Origin: Tricharina praecox
Lineage: Eukaryota
NCBI RefSeq assembly: GCF_024521635.1
Contig: NW_026250417.1
Coordinates: 372,001-436,000 of the forward strand
Length of the DNA: 64,000 nt
Direction: 5' to 3'
This document shows, piece after piece, positions 1 to 11,100 of the stretch. Under the pieces are notes generated by a model. That model was not told the origin of the DNA. It did no database searches and saw nothing but the letters and a program-made list of their open reading frames with translations. Numbering within the stretch: position 1 is the first letter of the stretch; every line of letters begins with the position of its first letter. Position numbers and translations under genes: made by a program.

Positions 1-710
1 AACACTTCCGATAGTGGCTGGCCTGATATAACCGGTGTTAGGAACCCGACGATTGGAATTCGCTCCTCAGAATCACATATCCGTCCGGCAGTATCCCACA
101 TCGGTACCTCTCCGTCAGTCGAGTAAACGAGTGCCGCTGGCGGTCTGATGATGTTCGGATGAGGCGGCATGCACAGCAGCTGACGGAGCTCGTGGTACAT
201 TAGCTTCCATCCTGTGATGGAACACTCGATCGACTTGAAAACGTGGGGCGGGGAGTGGAACTTCTCGGGGCCGCAAGCTTGGGTACGCACGACCAGCACC
301 TTTGCACTGTCATCGCTAACTTGGAGGTAGTGGGGCGTTATCCTGAGGGCCACTAGTGGGATCATAGAAATGGATTCGATAGGCGTATGAAGCCGGAAGT
401 GCAAGCTGTCCTGGCTCCAGAGGTTCTTCAATTGTTGCAGGGAGAGGATAAACGTCCTCTGCCGAATGTCGTAGACATCTGATTGGAAACCCGGATTGAG
501 TGTTGGAAAATAGACAGAGTCGAGCAATTCCTCCTCCAGACAGAGTCTGCATTCTGACGGTTCGGCATCATTTCCAATCGCCTCTTGGGACACAAATGGG
601 GGTTCCCACGCCGACGCCGACATGGCCGTTGTGTCGTCCATCCAAATCGCCTCTTGGGGCACAAATGGGGATTCCCACGCCGACGCCCACATATCCGTTG
701 TGTCGTCCAT
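1..710 (-). CDS. Protein kinase-like protein, N-terminal part (open at window edge, absent from the ORF track)
   Basis: Stop-free minus frame from ATG at 710 to the window edge: MDDTTDMWASAWESPFVPQEAIW...HVFKSIECSITGWKLMYHELRQLLCMPPHPNIIRPPAALVY...IVGFLTPVISGQPLSEV. VFK (beta3 Lys), HE (alphaC Glu), HPNII and the GFL-P hinge match a kinase N-lobe. The true start could lie in an upstream exon because ATG 710 is preceded by CAG. Confidence 0.7.
   Translation of the reverse strand, partial: MDDTTDMWASAWESPFVPQEAIWMDDTTAMSASAWEPPFVSQEAIGNDAEPSECRLCLEEELLDSVYFPTLNPGFQSDVYDIRQRTFILSLQQLKNLWSQDSLHFRLHTPIESISMIPLVALRITPHYLQVSDDSAKVLVVRTQACGPEKFHSPPHVFKSIECSITGWKLMYHELRQLLCMPPHPNIIRPPAALVYSTDGEVPMWDTAGRICDSEERIPIVGFLTPVISGQPLSEV
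573..710 (-). repeat. 69-bp in-frame tandem duplication (2 copies) at the kinase N-terminus
   Basis: MDDTTDMWASAWESPFVPQEAIW followed by MDDTTAMSASAWEPPFVSQEAIG, with near-identical DNA. Confidence 0.9.
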
Positions 711-2163
711 CTGATGATAAGGATAACAGGACGTTCTTCTGCTGAGGAAAGATTCGAGGCTATAGAGCGTGCTTGGTAGTAGGGGCTCGAAAGCTGGAAT
801 CTTCTGCACAAAAAAGCCGCCGCGTCTAGGAATAAAAGAGTTGCTGATATGAATGATAAGGATATGGACTGCCGGTAAGAGGGGATGATGGTCTCTGAGA
901 GCGGTGTTTCTGGAGTTGTGCTCAATTACGCTAACGGCCGTCGGTGCGGCCACTCGCCCAACACGGCTCCATTGGGCAATGCACATACACCAGCGTCACC
1001 ACGGAATAAGGAGCTGCCAGGAAGGCTATTAGTGCAGAGCGGAACCTCCGAGAAATCCATAGTTATAAAGAATGGGCGGTGAATGACACTTGCGATCACT
1101 CGAACAATAGGTATGTTCAGAATGGCCCATAACTGTTCGGAATTCAAAGTCGACTATGAGCACGGCCGTGAGCTCAAGCTTTCACTCTTAAACTCTATCG
1201 ATCTCGTGGTCACCATCCTTTCTTACCCGAAATGCTTACTTTTGTGCATAGTTTCCCAATAAATCAGAAGCAAGAGCCCGGCCGCCAGCCTTCAGGTTCA
1301 TGATATTCCTGTGCATCTCCGAAATCGGCTCCCTGGCGATATGTGTTGTGTTGATCATGATCATCTGCATGCGAAGTGCGCACACCGTCACGCCCTGCAG
1401 AATGAACCCCGGTTACGTACCTGCCTCGCTTAACAACCAAGCTGGGGGAAAAGCCGCTATATATATATATGCACAATTTCTGTTCGGCATCAGGTATGTA
1501 CATATGGGAATCTTTCCTTTGCTCCCGGAACGAGCTGATGTTGGGGCCGCGGACAGAGGAATCCGAACTACTGGCGTCTTCTCCCTTCGCCACCTTAGGA
1601 TGCCTCATATACATTCCTTCCTTTTCATACCAGTACCATTCAAGGAATTCACTTCAATTTCACCACCGGTGGAATGTCAATCTACTCACAATCCTCTCAC
1701 CTTGTCGGTTCTACTAAAATCGGGCATCTCCAATCGGGCATATGGGCTCGACTGCCAGATGTGTTATCGCTCCGGAGGTAGGTTCCCGCCGTCCGGGCCC
1801 TATTTTGCTTTTGGAGCGGAAGGACGAGTCCAAACCTACGGGCAGATGCTCACGATAATCAGAAATACGACCGGGAAACATGGGCAAGGCTACACTTGCA
1901 CACCACGGCGAATCGCAGCTCGGAAATAAAGTATCCTGCCGTCACTCGTCCGAATTCCAGAGCTAAGATCCGTCGAAATTGGCCGGTACAAGAATGCACG
2001 GGATCCATTCCATTGTCTGTGGTTCTGGACACGCACATGGTTCGACAATAATCTCCTTCAACCTTCAACCTTTAAACACGGGGGTTCGAATGGGAGTCCT
2101 AACTGTTGATTCGGCTCGTCAGTTAAACCCCTATGGAGAAACGATCATGTGGACGTGGCTGTT

Positions 2164-2293
2164 TACATGGCCAGGACGAGGCCTCAGGGGACACTGCGGA
2201 TGAAGTTGGTAATCGCCCAGAGATATACATGGCCAGGACGAGGCCTCAGGGGACACTGCGGATGAAGTTGGTAATCGCCCAGAGATATACATG
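2164..2293. repeat. Perfect 62-bp tandem duplication
   Basis: TACATGGCCAGGACGAGGCCTCAGGGGACACTGCGGATGAAGTTGGTAATCGCCCAGAGATA starts at 2164 and again at 2226, plus a partial TACATG at 2288. Confidence 0.95.
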
Positions 2294-2817
2294 TGAATGG
2301 ATGCATGCATTTCTATGTTTCGATATCCTGCGGAAGATGTCGATGGTGATGATCAAACACAGGAAAATCTCGCAAGGGAGAACTCTAGTCACCGAATAAT
2401 GGTTCGTTCGGCCGTGCCAAGATGCAGAATTCATCATCACCGTAAGATTGTTACCTAATCCCCACTGGGTTATATCTCCCTCGCCTGAGGAGAGAAGGAG
2501 GTACCCAGTTGGTGAAACAACATGCAGGTCGACATCAAAGGATCCGCCGACACAGACTCTACTCGTAGACCTCTGAGGCTCAACCGGAAACTTATCAGAC
2601 GTCCGTTGTTACCCCGCCAGAAAATATACTACGCCCCACCAGCTCCTTCTACCCCAGCCCAACTCAACTCAAACCCATGCGCTCACCATACGGATCCTCA
2701 GATTCTCCATCTCCGCCTCCACCTACGCCGGAACGTCAGATCACATCGGATATCCACACACTTGAAATACAGAACTCGTAATCAAGCCAAACCAGACCAA
2801 ACCAGACCGGCTTTCCA

Positions 2818-3763
2818 ATGCTGTTGAACGAATCCACAGGTCGCCTTTACCTGCCCTGTCTCTCCTTTCGTTTCATTTTTCTGCATAGAGAAGAGGGGAA
2901 AGAAGTGGGGGAGAAACCAATGAGCAGATGAGGTGAAAAATACGGATGGGACATTACCTCTGACATCTCCCGTCTTTCTCAGCTCTCCTCAACGAAAAGG
3001 TTCTGCTTGTTCCGTATGAAGCGCATCATGTCCCGAGCTATCACGCCTGGATGGCCGACGAAGTCCGTTTCGCTCCATCCCGCCTCCCTCAAGGATCGAT
3101 CTCGCTAATGCGTCGATCTAGGAAATCCGCGCGGCCACAGCCTCGGAGCGTCTATCCCTCGACGAAGAATACGCGATGCAACGCAGCTGGCGCACCGACG
3201 CGGACAAACTGACTTTCATAATATGTGCACCACCGATGCCACCGACGTCTTCGCTATCCGAGGACTCCGGGCAGGTCATCGCGGGCCGCGACGACGCAGA
3301 CATGCTGGGCGATATCAACCTGTTTCTCTCGGAAGAGCACGATTCTACCGAAGAATCCTCATCCGACTGCGGGCACGCTGGGGAAAAAATGTTAGTGGGC
3401 GAGATTGAGCTGATGATTGCGGAGAAGGAGAACCAACGGAAAGGGTACGGGCGTGCCGCTGTCCTACTGTTCCTTTGGTACGTAGCTATACATTGTGAGG
3501 AACTGGCCGCTACATATTGTGCTGGCAAGGGCGTTGAGAGCGTTGAGGGCGTCCTCACGCATCTGCGCGTCAAGATCAATCAAACCAACCTCCGTAGCAT
3601 AGCTCTGTTTGAGTCACTGCTGTTTAAGAAGTCGGATGAGACGCCAAATTACTTTGGTGAGTACGAGTTGGTCTTGGAGAATCTGGATGTGGCCTGCATG
3701 AATGGCTTGATGAAGACGTATGGGCTGGATGAATGCAGAACTCTGAAGTATATTCGGGAGTAG
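2818..3763 (+). CDS. NAT9: NAT9-like GNAT N-acetyltransferase (3 exons: 2818-2839, 2983-3062, 3122-3763)
   Basis: Spliced: MLLNESTALLNEKVLLVPYEAHHVPSYHAWMADEEIRAATASERLSLDEEYAMQRSWRTDADKLTFII...MLGDINLFL...GEIELMIAEKENQRKGYG...VKINQTNLRSIALFESL. These are NAT9-family motifs and the GT-AG introns are phase-consistent. Confidence 0.9.
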
Positions 3764-4244
3764 GTGGAGATGTTTGGAATGAGGCGGGGTGTAAATTAGA
3801 CAGCAATGGAGTTTGATTTTGTTGTAGCATAGATACCTGGAGGACGACACGAGTGTTTTAAACCGATCATCTTGATTGAATAGATTCAAGCATATTTTGG
3901 TAACAGCAGTGTGAGCGGTGGGCAGGCTGAAGATGTTGGTCCTACGAAGATGTTGGCCGTCATAGGTACTTGGGCAGCAGGCCGATGCCATCACTCGTTC
4001 ACACGTGTGCAAGCTGTGGGGGTTGGGTACATCGTTTGGACCAAAAAGAAAGCCATTGTAGCGCCTTTTATCATGACCGACCCGCAAAGCCAGAAAAGAG
4101 AAACAAACAGTTAGGTAACGCCAGCTGGACCTGAAGGCAGCCTTTTTTTCATTTGCCCAATGTGTCTACATCCATAGTACACATTTACGCCCCTCGCCGA
4201 AACATCATGCCTCCCTCACACCCAGTCTACCGTTCGCCGAACAT

Positions 4245-4808
4245 TTATTTCTTGGAAACGGAAGGAACGTCGGTGATGGTGAGTCCTAATCATCCGGGTT
4301 AGAGCCGAACAGCGTTGGGAGGAATTGTGCGCTGGAGCATACCAGGAGGAAGCGACTGCTTGAGCTTCTCGGCCTTCTCGGTGTCCTTGAGGACAAGGGT
4401 GTAGAGGTGTCTGCTGCAGCGGACCTTGAACTTGATCTGCGAAGCACCCTTGGTGGACTTCTGTAAATCGCGAAAAAAGTTCCATCAGCACTTGAAGCTC
4501 CCGCGAGACAGCACGCAACACGCAGCAATTCACCGTCCAACAGCGGTTCATCGTCGTCGTCGCAGAGGTGGATTTGTAGAACGGACCTTTATCCTGGCAG
4601 CTATAAATTTCACGAACGTAGGTCAGCACTCTGATGTATCAATTCCGACCCCCCTCCCGTTTCTCGCTTGGACAATGTTTCGACAATATTTCCTCCCTCC
4701 CTCCTTTCCCGCATCCTCTCCTCCGCGAATCGGGTAGAACATACACGAAGCATCCTTTCGTCGGCACAGCTCAATGAACTGCTTGATGTCGTGAACCTGC
4801 TTAGGCAT
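4245..4808 (-). CDS. RPL38: 60S ribosomal protein L38 (eL38) (4 exons: 4808-4745, 4600-4587, 4460-4343, 4285-4245)
   Basis: Spliced: [78 protein letters not shown]. This is an unmistakable eL38 sequence. Confidence 0.97.
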
Positions 4809-5215
4809 CTTGGGATATAGTTGTCGGAGGGGTTCGGGTTGGTCGGTGGGCGATAGGTTTGGCGTATCGGTCGTCGTTGGGGCTCGCTTTCGTCTTTCGT
4901 CGTCGTCGGGGGAAATTCGGCTAGGCCCAGTTGGCAATTCTGCGGATTGTGGGTGTTGTGCGTACCGAAGGGACTGTGGTGCGACTAGGGCTTGGGGCTT
5001 GTGGGATCTTATCTTATCGTAGCGATTCGTCGAGATGCCGATCTTATCAGCCATCATCTCATCTGCGCCACCAGCCACGTCATGCGTTGCACAAGCCACG
5101 GTTGACTCCCCACTTTCTGGGAGAGCTCATTGCAGCTGAAGCTCATCCCCTCCACCATGCAATGTTTATTCCCACAACATCCACGACCACCACGCAACAA
5201 GTAACACAATTCATA

Positions 5216-5691
5216 ATGCGCAGTCCGACTGCTCTTGACCGTCTCGTCACATCCAAGGTTACAATTCCGTTCCCACTTCACTTCCGCATAACTGACGGAA
5301 CGTCCCACAGAATGCCTTCTTCGGTGCGTGCTCATGACTCCAATCCACCACCACCACCACCACTGTATACAAGCTCACACTTCCAGCCTTCGCCGGCATC
5401 ATCGTGGGTGTAAGCGCGTGGGCCATCTGGCGCGATGCGCCGCTCCTCGGCGCGAGCACCGACGACCCGTACGGAGATCCTAGCGAGTGGACGGCGCAGG
5501 AGCTGCGGACCTGGCTCAACGCTGTAGGCGGCTACTACCTCCCGATGATTTTCAGGCCGCACGAGATCTAAAGACTTGTTTTTTTCCAGAGGAATATCGT
5601 GACTAGTGAAGACGAGAGTAGAGAGGCCCTTGTTGAGCGCGTTCATGCCGCTGTGAGGGCGAGGAGAATTCCGCCTACGCCGAGGAGTTGA
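5216..5691 (+). CDS. Small conserved fungal single-TM protein with an Ish1/HeH-like C-terminal motif (4 exons: 5216-5257, 5311-5323, 5387-5523, 5590-5691)
   Basis: Spliced: MRSPTALDRLVTSKNAFFAFAGIIVGVSAWAIWRDAPLLGASTDDPYGDPSEWTAQELRTWLNARNIVTSEDESREALVERVHAAVRARRIPPTPRS*. All introns are GT-AG and phase-consistent. It has a hydrophobic N-terminal helix and a WT-xELRxWL...R-x-LVERV motif resembling Ish1 repeats. Confidence 0.8.
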
Positions 5692-8089
5692 GTTGGGCTG
5701 GGGCTGAGGCTGGGGCTGGGCAGTGGCATGTAGGTTTTGAGGATCTGGTACACGTTCGTACATATCGGCACTGGAGGTTGGTTGAGATATCAATAGCACG
5801 TGACTGTGCTTGGAAACTGCCGTCTGATGTGTTCCGTTTGGGTTCGAATCGGCAGAGTACCCAAGTATTGGTCTCGCCTATCTTTCGTCTTCAGCCTTGC
5901 AAATCTTAAGGTTAACCTTAATCGACCGCGTGGCTTTGATGTGAGGGCTCAAGATCATGACCACCGGTCGTTATCCTGCTCGGACATCTAGTAGAGCTAG
6001 CATCGGCAATAGGGGCCTTCTGCAAAGTGGTTCTTCAAGGGCGTTTGACATAGATGCTATGTATGTCCAAGACACTACTCGAGCTGCTTGGCACAACTTA
6101 CAGCGGGTGGAAAGGAAGGGTTCCCGGTGGTGCTTTTGGATACCACCGGAGCTCACTTGCGACCAGCCCCAGTCTTCCACATAGTTACCGTCTCAATATC
6201 AATGAGAACAAAAGATTATGACCATCGATTCCAAGCAAACACCGTGCCTCTACCCCTTCAGGTTCGGTAAATACGACCACGGTCCAACCCTCGGAACGCG
6301 TTGTTATCCGGAACCGTTGCAATATCTTGAATCTTGAGCTAGCGACCCGCGAAGACGACTCGAAAGAAGAAAACACGAAGCAGAAGAAGAAGAAGAAGAA
6401 GAAGAATAGGAAGAAGAAGAGGAAGAAGAAGGGACAAGACATGAGTTTATAGACGTTGAAAAGGAGACGGGGATGGGGCGGGCGAGCTAGGCAGCAACCA
6501 TGGGATATCACTCGAAACGGTGGGCCTTGGACGCCTGAATTAGCGGCTCGTGGGCAGTTGTGGTAGAAGCGGGGTGTGGCGACGGCTGGGCATCAACCTC
6601 CCCGCGCAGAGGTGAATCGATATGTAGCCCAACCGGAACGGCGGAACCCCGCAAGAGTGGCGCTTTTTGGAGTACGGTATGGCGATATTTACCGAAGGTA
6701 ACTAGGTAGGTACTCGGTCATCGGACTTGTGGGATCGGATAGGGTGTCTCGCAGATGGCTTAAAGGGTAGTTGCTAACGGTGCTCGGGCTCATCGATCCG
6801 CATGCCTGGCGCGAGGTTGCCGAGGCATACGGATGCACAGCTGGTACCTGACAGCGGCTTCGCCGCCGCCGCCGCTGGGGGGGGGGCGGTGATTCCTGAC
6901 CCGGGAGGGGGTGGTTCGGATATGAAACATCACCAAGCAATGGGTGAATACCGTACGTGAGATATCCAAAGCGGCGACATTTCCCCGGAGATCGCGAATG
7001 TATTGTCTTGTTCAGGAAGTTTTTTTACAAAGCTTCGTCCGTGTCAGATTGTGTCATGGAGCTCGCGCACTCCGTTTGGTAATCCGGGGGGATCGGGGAT
7101 TGGGGGATGAGAAGGGCGGATACGACGGCGATGATGATGATGGTAGATTATGATACCGTCGTAACTAAATGTTGACATGTGCTCCCGCTCCGCTCCGCTT
7201 ACATACTCGGCCAGCTCCAGCCTCCGGGTTTGTCACTTCCAGACAGCATCGCCGGCGGCTTAATGCCCTGCCTGTAGAATAGTAGCTCCAACCGGAGGTT
7301 CTGGAAGCCCGGCGTGAGCGGAGCGGGGAATTACGTGATCAGACTGGCTTATGTTATGCCATCTACATATAATACGGATGCGAGAACGGGTAGGTACTAG
7401 ATAGTAGACCGTGCATGCGGTTGACTTCCTAAGCTCCCACCGAGCCGTCTCGTATGTACAGATGTAGAAGCGCTGGGCTTGGTGGTTGGTGCTTGGAAGC
7501 TCCGTCGTGCAGCCAATCGGGAGTCGAGGCTCGGGAGGAGAAACGCCTCTGCTTACTCTGCTTCTGCTTCTGCTTCTGCTTCTGCTTCTGCTTCTGCGGG
7601 CAACGGGGATTCGGGGAATAGTTAAATAATATGTACCATCACGGGGGGGAAGTGCCACTAGGTATGAAATGTAGACTACCAAGATGGATGGACAGATGGA
7701 CAGATGCCACGTCTCACGCATGGCAGAGTACCCACACCTTTGCTTTTTTCTTTTCTTTGCTTTTGTTCTGTGTAGCTCAGGAGAGATGGAGGGATGGAGA
7801 GTTTGTTGAGCGTAAATCTCGATCTGTTGGTAGGCCATGGACAGAAAAAACCTCGGAAGCGGGCCGGCCGGCTGGATGGAGTGGTTATATCAAGTTAGTA
7901 GGGAGGTAAGAGAGGTAGCGCACAAACGCGAGTTGCAACTCGGTGAGGAATGGGGGTGCTTCAGTGTTCCCGCCCGGGCTAACTAATAGCTGTTGTACCT
8001 ATGCCGGTGGAATGCGGATAGATGGATGTGTGGGCTTGATGGTGTGCTCCTATAGATTGCTCCAGAGGTGGAAGAGGTAGTACCGTAAT

Positions 8090-8141
8090 GGTGGTGGTGG
8101 TGGTGGTGGTGGTGGTGGTGGTGGTGGTGGTGGTGGTGGTG
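8090..8141. repeat. (GGT)n microsatellite
   Basis: About 17 uninterrupted GGT units. The poly-His and poly-Val ORFs here are artefacts of this repeat. Confidence 0.95.
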
Positions 8142-11100
8142 GCGGTTATGGTTTTGGTTTTTCTGGAATTGCAATTGGCTGGCTGGCTGGCTGTCAGCTA
8201 CTTACGCAGGATTAATTCCGTCCCATCCGGTAAGTCAGTAACAGCTGCACAGTTGCAGGTGGTGATTTGGGTAGTTACACTTGAAACAGGTATCCGGGTG
8301 TGAGGAAAAGAAAAAATCACTACAGGGCGTCTTTTGGTTGGTTGGTTGTCACATATGGATCTGCCGATATTTGGAGAGTCCTTGAGACCAGTAGAGTGTA
8401 GGCGGCTTGGCCGTCTGCAGGTACGATACATACACTCATTGGCAGCCAGAAACTGAGACCAGACGGAAGCACTCTCCTGTGGCCCCGGTACGTGGTCAGT
8501 ACACCGGTGGGGGCAACCGCTAGTGACCCATCCGAGTCACGGAGAAATTTACTGGATGGTGACCAGAAGGATGGAATAATCTTCGCTGCTGAGGATGGTT
8601 GCGGTGGATAACCTTGTTTTCTGGCCTATCTACGTCGTCACGGATTCACTAACCGGAGACATTGTGCATCACTCGCTGGATACTGACAGCCTCAGACCCT
8701 CTCCCGTCGGCTGTCGGCTCTCGGCCGCTGTGTATAACTCCCGAAAGGTTGAGGACGACGGAATCGCCAGAGTTGCGTAAGTTACCTAGTGATAGATGGT
8801 CCTAGTCAGGTACATGGTAGGTTGCTCAAAGCGTCAGAATTGGAACCGCATAGTTGCATACCGGTATTTGGACCAAGCATTGTCAGGGAAACGATGCAGT
8901 GGGCGTCTGCTATGGATGAAACAGAGCGGATTAGTACCGCTTGGGATCCTCTTCATCTAGGCATGTAGTTCATCTCAGTACCGCAGCTGGAAGTACATAA
9001 CCGTTCGTCAGATGATAGCGCACGCATGCGGGGGAAAGGATGATCCCGTCGATGAGGATCCTTTGAAACATCGGTCTGCAGCGTCCGTCTGCAGTGTCCG
9101 CCATCGATAGTCGAGGGGGCCACATACATACCCGGATCTCGTCCTCCGGTTTCCCCCCAGAACTCCACCGCAGACGACATAATACATCCAGGTTGTTTTC
9201 TCCAATTCTGTTGGACTGGTCAGTCGTGAACTGCCGCCGCAGCGGTCCTCGACCCCCACCATGGCTTTGACACCGCAGCCACACCAACACCAAGGAGTTT
9301 GGGAGCACGTTGAAAGTTGGCACCACACAACCTTCACCGGAAATTGTAAGGCCTACATACGCATCTCTTACCGGTAACTGGTGTGATATTCAAGATATAG
9401 GTAGGCCAAATGATCCCAGAATAAGGAAGCCAAAGTCAAGTACATACCGGTATATGGGAAAAGCACACAACTTGGCAGTCCGTCACCACGTGGTCGACGA
9501 TGTGATCCTCCCAGATGAGATCAAGATCCGCTGAAAGAATACCTAGTATGAGAACGAGCTTGAGATGGTATACTAGGTTGTAGCGGCATCTAAGGGCGCT
9601 GCACGGCGGGCTGAACCGTCGACCATGGAAGAACTCTTTGCCGACTGGGTCTGCCGATCCACCCGACCCGAAGACCGAATATGGAGGTGGGGATGGAATG
9701 GCTTTCGCAGAGGAAAGCCTGTAAAGCTGACTGCCAGTGGAAATACTAGTTCTGCAAGGTTATCCACGCCCGTGGGTAACTACTAGTACCTAGTGGCCCA
9801 CGTTTCATTTTTCAGCTGGATTGGAGTCTTTGCGGCCGTATCATGAAGTAGACGAAGAGTGTTCACTGCCTGCCTGCCTGTCTCGTTCAATCGATCATGA
9901 AGCAGACACCGAGAAGCGAGCCAGTGGCCTGGATCCTTCAATCGATCTCGGTGCAGTAGAGGAGCGAAGGACTCATGAACATGGACACATGGGGTTGATG
10001 GGCTGCGACTTTAACCTCAACGCGGGGAATACTCACGTGCCCCCAATCACGTACATATGAACATCCATCCATCCATACGATCGAGGATACACACGGTCAC
10101 GGTCTAGAATCTCTGGTTGCAAATTCCTTTTACGAAAGCGGCTATGCAACTGTCCCGTCGAGTGGTAATCCATGTTGTGGTCTGACTTGTGTACATACTC
10201 TGGAGCGTTAGAACTATCCAGATAGTGATATGGTGTCGCGGGATTTCCGGCAATAACCGCTCAACCTTCACCTGCTTCGTGCTTCGTGCTTCGTGCTTCG
10301 TGCTTCTCCAGATGCAAAAAATAATAATCGTGCGTGCATGCGGTCATGAGACGAAAGCCTTGGGTGCAGTACTAGGTAGTAATCCACGAAACAAACAAAC
10401 GAAAAACCGTCCGTGGAGTGTGGACGAGATGTGCTAGGTCAGGTGCTGGATTTCACCCCCGAGAACACACTCAGAAGGGACCCCCCTCCCCAACGCTGTC
10501 CCACCCAATCGCTGTCAGAAAAATGACACTGAGGGGCTCGCCGCCTACCTGCTTCGTGGTTATTTCTTCACCCCGAAGCTGCGGGGGGAAGTCCTGCTTG
10601 GATGAGCCTGTGAATGTAGAAGTCGTTGGGAAATGTGAGTTTTCTTTGCTGCTGGTTGGCTGCAAGCAAGCATGCAGCCTGTGGTCAGAATCAGCGTGTG
10701 CTTGTACATGATATCCACATGGACTTTTCCAGATGGTGCCGGAAATAGCATCATCCCAAGGTGGATGGTACACAGTGATAGTATGGTATGGCACGGCGTC
10801 GGCGGGATGCTCGTTGCTCACACTACATACATACCAGTCAACCGGGATTGTTGCAGTGGTGACCGATGGAGCTTCGTAGGTGACGAGAGGCGGTCGGGCC
10901 GTTATCCGGATTGAGCCGAGGTGTATGTAGAGTATGTAAGTTCTTAGAGGCGACCCGGATGGTGACTCCAACGTGCAGAGCTCTCCCAACCACTGATCTT
11001 GCGCCCGTAGGCGCCCGCCATATGGGCTTCCGCTTGCGCTGCTCAACATACATGTTTGTGCTGCTGCAAGCTTTAGAGTGAGTGGCTATGGCACTGCAAA

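Noticed and set aside
1300..1929. 209-aa ORF with a hydrophobic N-terminus, plus nearby minus-strand fragments at 926-1614
   Set aside because: No recognisable motif or codon bias, and I could not build a consistent spliced model.
5906..5921. Perfect 16-bp palindrome TTAAGGTTAACCTTAA
   Set aside because: About one such palindrome is expected by chance in 64 kb (64000/4^8), and it has no associated structure.
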